64,000 bases of DNA from Minisyncoccota bacterium (GTDB lineage: Bacteria; Patescibacteriota; Minisyncoccia; Phycocordibacterales; UBA918). The stretch spans positions 128,002 through 192,001 of the forward strand of contig JAWKSP010000001.1 of assembly GCA_041389025.1 (NCBI GenBank), written 5' to 3'. The notes below the pieces were generated by a model that saw only the letters and a program-made list of their open reading frames with translations, had not been told where the DNA came from and searched no databases. A program made the translations under genes and the position numbers. Shown here in pieces: positions 18,631-26,689 of this stretch (positions are counted from its first letter, which is position 1; every line of letters starts with the position of its first letter).

Positions 18631-19368
18631 CTAAAGTGTAGCATTTATGCATTGGTTGAAATTTTGTAAGACAGCCAGTGGATCAGTGGCCTCAGTAATA
18701 GGTCGTCCAATCACCAAATAATTCGCTCCATTTTTAAGGGCGACCTCCGGTGTAGCGACTCGCTTTTGATCATCTCGGCTTCCGTCAGACAGACGAATTC
18801 CTGGTGTAACTAAAACAAAATTGTCGCCGACAACCTGTCTTACTACGGAAACTTCTTGCCCAGAACAAACAACTCCATCAAGACCAAAATCTTTAGCTAA
18901 TCTAGCTAAGCGAATCATAGGTAATGACGAGTCTTCAATTCCATTTTCGTTAATCAAGCTTATACCTACTCGCTTCATATCACCGACACTCATACTGGTT
19001 AGTATAGTGACTCCAATGATAAGTGGTTGTTTTTCTTTCTCAATACCACTTATTGAGTCAACAACTGTCCTCAACACTCTTTCTCCACCTAAAGTATGAA
19101 CGCTTACCATCCAAACTCCCAAATCAGTAGCTACTCGTACAGCTTTAGCTACGGTATTTGGAATATCGTGATATTTTAAGTCAAGAAAAATTTCAAAACC
19201 TAATCCCATCAAGTCCTTGACAATAGCAGGGCCTGAGGCGGTAAACAATTCCTTCCCAACTTTTAGACGGCACAGCTTTGGATCTAATCTTTTGGCCATA
19301 CTTACCGCTTCATTGTAGCTGGGAAAGTCCATCGCCACGATTATGCGTTTTTTATATTTAAGGTACAT
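18631..19368 (-). CDS. pyrF: Orotidine-5'-phosphate decarboxylase (start at MYLKYKKRIIVAMDF)
   Basis: IIVAMDF...LKVG...DLKYHDIPNTV catalytic motifs. Confidence 0.85.
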   Translation of the reverse strand: MYLKYKKRIIVAMDFPSYNEAVSMAKRLDPKLCRLKVGKELFTASGPAIVKDLMGLGFEIFLDLKYHDIPNTVAKAVRVATDLGVWMVSVHTLGGERVLRTVVDSISGIEKEKQPLIIGVTILTSMSVGDMKRVGISLINENGIEDSSLPMIRLARLAKDFGLDGVVCSGQEVSVVRQVVGDNFVLVTPGIRLSDGSRDDQKRVATPEVALKNGANYLVIGRPITEATDPLAVLQNFNQCINATL

Positions 19369-19420
19369 TAATAACCCTCCTAAAGTTATGTAACCAAAGT
19401 GCATATTGCCACATAAGACA

Positions 19421-19456
19421 AAAAAGTAAAAGGGCGACGGCTAAAGCCGTCGCCCT
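19421..19456. terminator. Terminator AGGGCGACGGC-TAAA-GCCGTCGCCCT with A/T runs, downstream of hsp20
   Basis: Perfect 11-bp stem. Confidence 0.55.
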
Positions 19457-19482
19457 GTTACTTCCTTCCCCCACTCTATCAA

Positions 19483-19902
19483 TTACCTCACCTGCACCTT
19501 AACTTTCTTCTCAGCTGCCTTTTCTCGTTTTGGCATTGTAATCTTAAGTACCCCATCTTTATATTCCGCTTCTACTTTTTCTTGTTCCACCATATCCGGT
19601 AGTTGCACGACTCGTTCAAATGAACCACGTCGAATCTCTTTGACGTAATGACTCTTTTCTTTCTTCTCTTGCATTTCTTCACGCCGACCGGAAATCCGCA
19701 AGTAATTATCCTCCACCTCTACATCAATATCATCTGCTTTCAAACCTGGAACGTTCATCTCGGCTACTAGATTTTGCCCGTCTTCATAAACATCAACTGC
19801 CATATCAAACCCCATCTGACCACCACGCGAAGATAAAGCCGGACTTAAATCTCTAAAAATTCGATCAAATTCATCAAACGGTTCCCATTTTATAAGTGAC
19901 AT
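19483..19902 (-). CDS. Hsp20/alpha-crystallin small heat-shock protein
   Basis: 139 aa; alpha-crystallin domain ...NLVAEMNVPGLKADDIDVEVEDNYLRISG...GVLKITMPK. Confidence 0.85.
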   Translation of the reverse strand: MSLIKWEPFDEFDRIFRDLSPALSSRGGQMGFDMAVDVYEDGQNLVAEMNVPGLKADDIDVEVEDNYLRISGRREEMQEKKEKSHYVKEIRRGSFERVVQLPDMVEQEKVEAEYKDGVLKITMPKREKAAEKKVKVQVR

Positions 19903-20000
19903 AAAATACTAACTTAAAATATCTGATAAACTATGGCCGACTTGCCATATAAATATTATACGCCTAAAAAATCTAGTTTCAAAAGGTGAAGTCGGCTTCT

Positions 20001-20882
20001 TTAAAATACGTTTAATCCCTTTAAATTATTTCGCAATCGTTGTCTTTCTTCAACAAAATCCGGTTCAGTATAAAAATATCTTATTTTTTGCTCTTCTATG
20101 CTATTACCGCTAGGTATCTCTCCTCGAACAAAAAATACAAAAGTTTCAGCCAGATCCTCATCCACACTGACTGTAGCGTAGTCGCTAACAAACCTATCTT
20201 CGTTATTATTGTAGTACTTGCTCGTGTATGAAAAACGATCTTTAATATCAACTTTTTCAACTGCCAATTGATTAGCAATATCGGCCTCGGTCCAAAATTT
20301 TTCCTTGTAATTCTTTTTAAAGGAAGGATATTTGGTTAGTAAAATATGTAAATATTCGTGTATATATAAATTCACAAAAGACTCGGTGTTTCTTCTATCA
20401 TTGGGTTGATAATTTTCCCGATTAACCCCAACGATCCAGCTAGTCATATTATTTATTGACTCCACATAGGCGCCAGTATCAATCTTCCCATCATAAAAAA
20501 TACGCCACTCACTCACCAAACCATCCACTTCATTCTCCCCTACCACCCCAACAAACAAATCAAAAAGTTTTTCATCATCACTTCGAACAAGTTTAGAGCC
20601 ATCAGAATTCACCAACTTTAAATCATCCACAAAATAAATCGCTTCGTACGGAAAAGTAAAAAATTTTGATTTATAAGGATCTCTAGTCGTATTGGTACTC
20701 GAAATAACCTCCAACCGTTGTTGCAACTCCAAAACTTCCTCCAATAAATTTTGTATTTTAAAGAGCAACTCAATCCTTTCTTCAGATGAAAGTTGGTTGT
20801 CGGCCTTTACTACATTTGGTATCACACTAAAAACCAAAATAAGACTAAAAATAATCAGTACGGCTGTTTGTTTGATTATCAT
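20001..20882 (-). CDS. Secreted/membrane-anchored hypothetical protein with HEYLH (HEXXH-like) motif; upstream ORF extension to 21065 probably not translated
   Basis: ATG at 20882 gives MIIKQTAVLIIFSLILVFSV signal/TM; HEYLH at ~residue 220. Confidence 0.4.
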   Translation of the reverse strand: MIIKQTAVLIIFSLILVFSVIPNVVKADNQLSSEERIELLFKIQNLLEEVLELQQRLEVISSTNTTRDPYKSKFFTFPYEAIYFVDDLKLVNSDGSKLVRSDDEKLFDLFVGVVGENEVDGLVSEWRIFYDGKIDTGAYVESINNMTSWIVGVNRENYQPNDRRNTESFVNLYIHEYLHILLTKYPSFKKNYKEKFWTEADIANQLAVEKVDIKDRFSYTSKYYNNNEDRFVSDYATVSVDEDLAETFVFFVRGEIPSGNSIEEQKIRYFYTEPDFVEERQRLRNNLKGLNVF

Positions 20883-21005
20883 ACAGGTATTATAACCTTG
20901 TTTTAAAATAGACGCTTTACGCAAAAGTTGTTTAGAATTTACTAAAACATACCTGAATCTACCCCCCCGCGACAAATTCAACAACCTAAACTGATTCCAG
21001 TCGTC

Positions 21006-21332
21006 TTGAAGTTGAAAGATATTTACCGCATATGGCAGGAATATCTGATATCTTTTCCTAAGCAAAACCGCTACACACTCGGTAACAAAATTGACGAAGT
21101 GTTTTTACTCGCTATCGAGTACTGCTTCTTAGCTAGTTACGCCAGCAAAGACACAAAGCTGATTCACCTTGAACGCTGTATATCACGAGTTGATTTGTTG
21201 AAATTGTTACTCCAACTAGCCTGGGAAATACACGCACTTGATACTAAAAAATACGCAGTGCTTGGAGAACAGTTACAAGAAGTTGGTCGGATGCTCGGTG
21301 GTTGGAAGAAAGGTATTGAAAGTAAACGATGA
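21006..21332 (+). CDS. Four-helix-bundle protein of the 23S-rRNA-IVS/Avd family; candidate DGR accessory variability determinant
   Basis: 108 aa; IWQEY...SFPKQNRYTLGNKIDE...LERCISRVDLLKLLLQLA...LQEVGRMLGGW matches the PF05635/TIGR02436 four-helix-bundle pattern; located 140 bp from TR. Confidence 0.6.
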   Translation: MKLKDIYRIWQEYLISFPKQNRYTLGNKIDEVFLLAIEYCFLASYASKDTKLIHLERCISRVDLLKLLLQLAWEIHALDTKKYAVLGEQLQEVGRMLGGWKKGIESKR

Positions 21333-21474
21333 AATGAAATGAAATTTATTCGTCCAGCAATTTCTTCTAGAAATGGAAGAAATTGCTGGACGTAAATTCG
21401 CAATATTCGCTTGCGCTCGTTTGCTCATTTAAAAAACTCCCCACCAAAGTGAGGAGAAAACTTTTGAGTTGCTT

Positions 21475-21573
21475 GAGAACACGGTTACCGTCATTCCACT
21501 GGTTAGCGTTAGCCGGATTGACGTTGACGTTCCAGTCGTCACCATTCCGATTGACGTTGACGTACAACACCTG
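21475..21573 (-). repeat. DGR template repeat (TR), 99 bp, adenine-rich on the minus (sense) strand
   Basis: 83/99 identity to VR; all 16 mismatches are TR-A (minus strand) versus non-A in VR. The overlapping 95-aa ORF (N-rich: NVNRNGDDWNVNVNPANANQWNDGNR) is an artefact of AAC codons. Confidence 0.8.
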
Positions 21574-21820
21574 TTCGTATGTGACACCACCCATCCGTAC
21601 CACCAGCATTTGATAGAAAACTAACAAACGCTTGTATTTTATGCAGGACATCAAAGTCCTCCAGATAGTATCACCAACTGCTTAATGTTTTTTTCAGATT
21701 TATACAAACTACACTCACCACAACCTTGATCATAGTGACTCTGAGTATTGCATGAAACCAAAACCCGCTGTCAAAGCCTTGACCGTGACATAATACGAAT
21801 TTCATTATTAGTATACAAAA

Positions 21821-21851
21821 GTCTCTTGAACACGCGAAGTATCCAAGAGAC
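21821..21851 (-). promoter_or_regulatory. Hairpin GTCTCTTG-(15 nt)-CAAGAGAC 48 bp downstream of VR 3' end
   Basis: 8-bp perfect stem; position analogous to the DGR stem-loop downstream of IMH. Confidence 0.4.
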
Positions 21852-21880
21852 GAAGGGTCAAAGGACCGAAGGACTCATGT

Positions 21881-22531
21881 CTAAGTGGCAGTTACCGAGA
21901 GAACACGGTAACCGTCACGCCACTGGCAAGCGAGAGCCGGACCGACGTAGACGCCCCAGTCGCCACCAATCCGAAAGACGTTGACGTACAACACCTGCTT
22001 CGAATTCTCCGGGTTACAGATGTAGCCAATATTGGCCTTGCCGTCGGTGTGCAGGTCGCCCGAACCATCCTCGGCATTATCGATCAACTGACCAATTATC
22101 AAATCCATCAGTGGAACCGAGTTGACGACTACGGCTTCACCCAGCTCACTGATAATCCCCGGCCTATCATCCGTATCAAGATCAGCCAGGGGTTCATTAA
22201 GATCACACCACTCAAGCGTTCGCTCTTTAGCCTCCGGCATTTCATAATCTTCTCCACCGAAAATCTTGTCCGCCATGCCGTAAAAGTAGACATTGCGATG
22301 TTTCAGTCGTTTCGGCTTTTTGACCGCTGACAGAGTGATGACGGTCGGGGCGGTGAGGCAAGATTTGATCGTCACCTCGGCACGACCTTGAAGAACAGGC
22401 AGGATTTTATACCACATGTCTTCATGGGCAAGTTTTGCCCATTCTGCTTGACCAGCACCAGCTTTACGACCAGTCACAACGACCTCGTGTATGAGGCCAA
22501 AATCTTTTCCAAATTCAGACGCACTGCTCAT
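21881..22531 (-). CDS. DGR variable (target) protein, FGE-sulfatase/C-type-lectin-fold-like, VR encodes the C-terminal ~33 aa
   Basis: 216 aa; ...ERTLEWCDLNEP... resembles FGE/CLec (WEWCxD); C-terminus NVFRIGGDWGVYVGPALACQWRDGYRVLS aligns with TR-encoded NVNRNGDDWNVNVNPANANQWNDGNRVL. Confidence 0.7.
   Translation of the reverse strand: MSSASEFGKDFGLIHEVVVTGRKAGAGQAEWAKLAHEDMWYKILPVLQGRAEVTIKSCLTAPTVITLSAVKKPKRLKHRNVYFYGMADKIFGGEDYEMPEAKERTLEWCDLNEPLADLDTDDRPGIISELGEAVVVNSVPLMDLIIGQLIDNAEDGSGDLHTDGKANIGYICNPENSKQVLYVNVFRIGGDWGVYVGPALACQWRDGYRVLSVTAT
21899..21997 (-). repeat. DGR variable repeat (VR) at 3' end of target gene
   Basis: See TR entry; VR ends 15 nt before the stop codon. Confidence 0.8.
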
Positions 22532-22589
22532 AGCAACACACCTCCTAATTATATTCGCCAGTGGGCTCCTAAGTTTTTAGGTTTTTAGG

Positions 22590-22641
22590 TTTACCATAGC
22601 TTCAAATCAACAAGAGTTTGCGGACTTAAAGCTATGGTAAA
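22590..22641. promoter_or_regulatory. 13-bp perfect inverted repeat TTTACCATAGCTT...AAGCTATGGTAAA (26-nt spacer) plus tandem GTTTTTAG x2, between relE-like stop and DGR target start
   Basis: Read from sequence; terminator or operator. Confidence 0.35.
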
Positions 22642-22713
22642 TATGAAAAGAACAACGCGTCAACTATAACACTTTTACTGTTATTAGTCAATACTTGCAA
22701 CCTGAATTCTCAC

Positions 22714-22968
22714 TCAATACAGCTGGCTATGAGTACCAATATTCACAAGCACCACAGTGTCGCTTTCTTTTTTGTAGTGGACTCTTATGTCACCAGTTAC
22801 ATCAATACTTCTTAAAATTTTGTACTTGCCTAAAAGTGTATGATTATTCAGAGAAGAGTGGAACTCGTCCTCTGAAAATTGCTGTATTACGATCTTGAAC
22901 TTTGCCTGAGTGCTTTTTGATTGTTTGGAAAAAGCTTTCTGAAACTTCTTATGAAAAACGATTTTCAT
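22714..22968 (-). CDS. RelE/YafQ-family type II toxin (mRNA interferase)
   Basis: 84 aa; ...LLGKYKILRSIDVTGDIRVHYKKESDTVVLVNIGTHSQLY typical RelE/ParE C-terminus; 1-nt gap to antitoxin gene. Confidence 0.7.
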   Translation of the reverse strand: MKIVFHKKFQKAFSKQSKSTQAKFKIVIQQFSEDEFHSSLNNHTLLGKYKILRSIDVTGDIRVHYKKESDTVVLVNIGTHSQLY

Positions 22969-22969
22969 A

Positions 22970-23242
22970 CTACTCTTGAAGTGCTTTCATAAGATCGGTG
23001 ACACTGGTAAAGGTTGGGGAAAGATTTCTACCTGCCTTGATATCACGCAAGATCTTCTCGTATTCCTTTTTTGTTTTCTCATTAAGCTCTGGTTCAACAC
23101 TGAGAACCAATCTTCGCTCGCGTATAAAATTCTTAAGCATACTGTTAACAACAGCACTGAAAGACACTCCCAGTTCACCCGCGAGTTTTGTTGCTTCTTT
23201 CTTTACTTCTTTATCTAATTTGATACTTGTTGTAGTCTTCAT
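22970..23242 (-). CDS. RelB/DinJ-family antitoxin (ribbon-helix-helix)
   Basis: 90 aa; TSIKLDKEVKKEATKLAGELGVSFSAVVNSMLKNFIRE matches DinJ N-terminal RHH. Confidence 0.65.
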   Translation of the reverse strand: MKTTTSIKLDKEVKKEATKLAGELGVSFSAVVNSMLKNFIRERRLVLSVEPELNEKTKKEYEKILRDIKAGRNLSPTFTSVTDLMKALQE

Positions 23243-23414
23243 ATACTACTTAGTATATAGTTTGTAATTTCTGTGTCAAGCGGCTTTGCTTTTGACCTAA
23301 TTTTTAATGAGCTTGCGACTATAAAAATGAAAATGCTCTTGTGGGGCAACTCCAGACGCAAGCAAAACTATTTGCTTGCTTCCTAGACACAAAAAGTCGG
23401 CTAAACTCCGACTT

Positions 23415-23568
23415 TATTTTGTGGGGTCAAGTTACTAAGTAAAATTTTTCACTACGTTCAAATTTTACTAAGTACTTGCTCCCCCGACTCGACCTTTTTC
23501 TTCTCTAGGAAGGAGAAGAAAACATGTCTCCGCCCGACACAAAGGTACGTAAGCCAAGCAGTTGGCTT
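23415..23568 (+). repeat. tRNA-trailer-associated repeat element, copy A (contains conserved hairpin 23496-23522 and CATGTCTCCGCCC box)
   Basis: About 75% identical to copies at 30887-31012 (inverted) and 35491-35650. Confidence 0.7.
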
Positions 23569-23573
23569 ACTAT

Positions 23574-23609
23574 AAAAACCGGCTATGATAATAATCACAG
23601 CCGGTTTTT
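23574..23609 (-). terminator. Terminator AAAAACCGGCT...AGCCGGTTTTT immediately 3' of tRNA-Leu
   Basis: 11-bp stem + T-run in tRNA sense. Confidence 0.55.
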
Positions 23610-23618
23610 ATACCTTTG

Positions 23619-23703
23619 TGTCCAGGACTGGAGTTGAACCAGCACGGGAATAATTCCCACTACCCCCTCAAGGTAGCGCGTCTACCAGTTTCGCCACCTG
23701 GAC
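23619..23703 (-). tRNA. tRNA-Leu (anticodon GAG), long variable arm, no encoded CCA
   Basis: Minus strand GTCCAGG...CTACC-TTGAGGG-GGTAG...variable arm TGGGAATTATTCCCGT...TTCAACT...CCTGGAC-A. Confidence 0.8.
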
Positions 23704-23770
23704 AGTTATGTCTCTATTTAGAAAATAAAGCCCCTGCATTATGCCTGAAAAGGTAAGTCACTTCAAGTTA

Positions 23771-23809
23771 AAAGGCCCACAAGCGAAGCTTGTGGGCCTT
23801 TTCTTTTTT
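23771..23809. terminator. Hairpin AAAGGCCCACAAGC-GAA-GCTTGTGGGCCTTT + T-run, downstream of rplS
   Basis: 14-bp perfect stem. Confidence 0.5.
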
Positions 23810-23818
23810 CTAAATCAA

Positions 23819-24403
23819 TTAGTCCTTCTTTTCTTCGGTCGTCTCTTCTCTTACCTCCTCTTTAACTTCATCTTTTGATTCTTCAGGAGTTTCTACCGCC
23901 TCAGCTTTAGCTACTTCTTCTTTGGCTTTCTCTTCAGCTTCTTTAGCTTCTTTCTCTTTTAGTTCCGCTTCCTCAAGAGCCTTGGCTTCAGCTGCCGCTC
24001 GCACCGCAGCTTCTGCTTCCGACTCAGTAGCCAAACTAAGAAATGAAGTTCGACGCATTTGTCGTTTAATCTCACGAGCCACCTTCTCACGGATGTAATA
24101 AAGCTTAGAGCGACGCACTTTAGCTCGCTTTACAATCTCAAGCTTGTCTATAAGTGGTGAATAAAGCGGGAAGATTTTTTCCACCCCGACACCACTGGCG
24201 ACTTTTCGTACTGTAAAAGTAGCTCCTGGCTCATCGCCATGCTTGCGGGCTAGCACCAAACCTTCAAAGATCTGAATACGAGTTTTACCCTTATCTTGAA
24301 TTTTTTGATGAACGCGCACAGTGTCTCCGGCACGAATACCCAGACCGCGTCGTTCCTCCATATTTACCGGTGAAATATTCACCCCTGTTACTGCTGTTTT
24401 CAT
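23819..24403 (-). CDS. rplS: 50S ribosomal protein L19 with ~75-aa acidic/lysine-rich C-terminal extension
   Basis: N-terminal 115 aa match L19 (GDTVRVHQKIQDKGKTRIQIFEGLVLARKHG...); tail is EAEAAVRAAAEAKALEEAELKEKEAKEAEEKAKEEV... Confidence 0.85.
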   Translation of the reverse strand: MKTAVTGVNISPVNMEERRGLGIRAGDTVRVHQKIQDKGKTRIQIFEGLVLARKHGDEPGATFTVRKVASGVGVEKIFPLYSPLIDKLEIVKRAKVRRSKLYYIREKVAREIKRQMRRTSFLSLATESEAEAAVRAAAEAKALEEAELKEKEAKEAEEKAKEEVAKAEAVETPEESKDEVKEEVREETTEEKKD

Positions 24404-24462
24404 ATAATTTATTACTAAACTCTAGAAGCGTTTAAGCGTGCCATAATCTACCACATACCTCT

Positions 24463-25239
24463 CTACTCTGCAATACGCTCGGCCGCTATTTCAAAATCAA
24501 TTGGTAAAGGAGCAATGAAACGCCTTTCTTCTCCATTTGGCAATGTAATCTCTAATATATGAGAGTGAAGTGCCAGTCTGGTTAATTCAAGGTTATTTGA
24601 ATCTTTCATTTTGTAATCAGCATAAAGCTCATCTCCGACAATCGGTCGATCAATCGCTCTTAAATGCACTCTTAGCTGATGAGTTCGACCTGTCTCTGGC
24701 TTTAGCTTAAGATAAGAAAAAGATTCACCCTCATATTCACCAACTCCGATTCTTTCAAAATGAGTAACAGCTGGTCGTAAAGTTCCTTTAGCTCCTTTTA
24801 AGGCTGAACGTTTTTTAAAATCCTTCGCACTACGACCAATCGGTCGATTGATAGTACCCCAACGGTCATGAATTCGTCCATACACAAAAGCTCGGTATTC
24901 TTTTTTTGCCAACCGATCGTGAAATTGAGCTTTAAGGAAAGCATGGGCTTCATTGGTCTTAGCCATAACCATCACCCCAGATGTCTCACGATCCAGTCGA
25001 TGCACCACCCCCGAACGCTCAAGTAAAGTACCGTCCGGTTTTTTTGACTCCTCCCCCACTCCTTTAGCGTCAGGGCACAAAGATAAAAACCAATCGACCA
25101 CCGTATCTTTGATACCAGAAGTCCAGTCCTCATGTACCAACATACCGTAAGGTTTATTGACCACCGCTACCGCTTCATCTTCATATAAAACAACCGGCGC
25201 CACCACCTTATCTACCAATTCGTCTTTTCCTTTTTCCAT
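24463..25239 (-). CDS. RluA-family pseudouridine synthase (start at MEKGKDEL...)
   Basis: HRLDRETSGVMVMAKT catalytic-Asp motif; overlaps uppS 3' end by ~30 nt. Confidence 0.75.
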   Translation of the reverse strand: MEKGKDELVDKVVAPVVLYEDEAVAVVNKPYGMLVHEDWTSGIKDTVVDWFLSLCPDAKGVGEESKKPDGTLLERSGVVHRLDRETSGVMVMAKTNEAHAFLKAQFHDRLAKKEYRAFVYGRIHDRWGTINRPIGRSAKDFKKRSALKGAKGTLRPAVTHFERIGVGEYEGESFSYLKLKPETGRTHQLRVHLRAIDRPIVGDELYADYKMKDSNNLELTRLALHSHILEITLPNGEERRFIAPLPIDFEIAAERIAE

Positions 25240-25900
25240 ATTGCTCAAGAATACCGACAAATTCAGTTTTTGTAAAAGCGGGCCAGTTGGTGTCAATAAA
25301 AAAGAATTCGCTGTAGACTGACTGCCAAGGTAAAAAGTTTGATAAACGATGTTCCCCACTGGTACGAATTATTATGTCTGGATCAGGCATACCGACAGTC
25401 CAAAGTAATTTTAAAAATTCTTCTTCTTTAATTTTCTTTCCTTGTTCGATCGCCTTGTTTACCGCCATCATTATTTCTGCTCGACCGCCATACGATATAG
25501 CCAACCAAACAGTAGTTTTGTATTTCATTTCTGTCACCTCCAATTCCCCAATCATTCTTTGGATATCATCAGGCAAATCGACTCGCCGACCAATTATTCT
25601 TACATTCACCTTTCGCTTCTCTGAATCTTCCTTAATTTTTCGCAACATCTGACGAAACAGATCCATTAAATAGCCAACCTCGGTTTTATCACGTTGCCAA
25701 TTCTCAGTTGAGAAAGCATAAAAAACACCGTGTGGAATTTCTTCCTCCACCAACCAATCCACCACATCCAAAAATTTCTCCTTACCAGCCAAATGACCGG
25801 CAAGAGTACTTTGTTCTCGCTCTTTGGCAAATCGTCGGTTACCATCCATAATGAAACCAACACATCGAACGCTGATCTTGGCTAAATTTTTATCACTCAT
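25208..25900 (-). CDS. uppS: Undecaprenyl-diphosphate synthase (cis-isoprenyl transferase)
   Basis: IMDGNRRFA...and C-terminal ...RTSGEHRLSNFLPWQSVYSEF motifs. Confidence 0.88.
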   Translation of the reverse strand: MSDKNLAKISVRCVGFIMDGNRRFAKEREQSTLAGHLAGKEKFLDVVDWLVEEEIPHGVFYAFSTENWQRDKTEVGYLMDLFRQMLRKIKEDSEKRKVNVRIIGRRVDLPDDIQRMIGELEVTEMKYKTTVWLAISYGGRAEIMMAVNKAIEQGKKIKEEEFLKLLWTVGMPDPDIIIRTSGEHRLSNFLPWQSVYSEFFFIDTNWPAFTKTEFVGILEQYGKRKRRIGR

Positions 25901-25903
25901 ACT

Positions 25904-26176
25904 TTAGTTCAACACCGAAAAATCATCGTAGGTTACCAAAGCAGTTCGCCACTCTACCGACACTCCCTCCACTTTCGCCAAAAGCGAACCTTCATGAAGA
26001 TACTCTACCAACTCTTTTAAACCGTCAGGTTCACCCTGTGCCACTACCAAGACCGAACCATCACTTTGATTCTTCACATAACCAACCAGTCCAAGCTCTC
26101 CAGCGGAATTTTGCACATAATCACGAAACCTCACGCCTTGTACCTTGCCGGTAACATTTGCTCTCATCTCAATCAT
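25904..26176 (-). CDS. acyP: Acylphosphatase
   Basis: 90 aa; VTGKVQGVRFRDYV...GYVKNQSDGSV signature. Confidence 0.8.
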   Translation of the reverse strand: MIEMRANVTGKVQGVRFRDYVQNSAGELGLVGYVKNQSDGSVLVVAQGEPDGLKELVEYLHEGSLLAKVEGVSVEWRTALVTYDDFSVLN

Positions 26177-26295
26177 AAATATAAGTGTCAGTATACAATT
26201 TTTGATTTAGATATTGAAATTATTTAAAAAAAATGTAGTATATAGCCTACTAACAGTTGCTACCTAGACGAAGTCGAAATTGTTACGTGAAAGAT

Positions 26296-26368
26296 GCGCG
26301 ATTAGCTCAGTTGGTAGAGCAGCTCGTTTACACCGAGAAGGTCGGGAGTTCAAGTCTCTCATCGCGCA
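26296..26368 (+). tRNA. tRNA-Val (anticodon TAC), no encoded CCA
   Basis: GCGCGAT-TA-GCTC-AGTTGGTA-GAGC...anticodon loop TTTACAC...GGGAG-TTCAAGT-CTCTC-ATCGCGC-A. Confidence 0.85.
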
Positions 26369-26689
26369 CATTAGATGGCCCGCTTTGCGGGCTTTTCTAA
26401 TGTGCGCGATAGCAAGCAAATTTCTTTGCTTGCGTGAGGACTTGAAAGACGGAGCGGTGAGGAAGAATGACGAACAAGCGAGTCGGCTATGAAAAAGCTG
26501 TGAACAACTAAAATATTAAGTTTTCTAACCCTTTCTATTTTTTGATAAGATATTATGAGAGACTTTGGCAACACGAAGGTAATCAAGTATCCTTCACACT
26601 TGGTTTCGTAACCCATGCGGCTATCCGTGCTAAAAGCACAAGGTGTCATACGTATTACGGGGTCTCAATCGGGGTCACGGTGTCACAGC

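Noticed and set aside
20883-21065. N-terminal extension of ORF 20001..21065 (MLRKRYQIFLPYAVNIF...)
   Set aside because: It overlaps the avd-like gene on the other strand and precedes a strong signal-peptide start at 20882, so it is probably untranslated.
21367-21654. 95-aa Asn-rich ORF
   Set aside because: It coincides with the DGR template repeat. The Asn richness comes from AAC codons of the TR, so it was not called as a protein.
23345-23365. Sequence GGGGCAACTCCAGACGCAAGCA resembling a tRNA T-arm/acceptor
   Set aside because: It gives only partial similarity (about 14 of 22) to the tRNA-Leu 3' end and no cloverleaf. It is noted only as a possible decayed att remnant.
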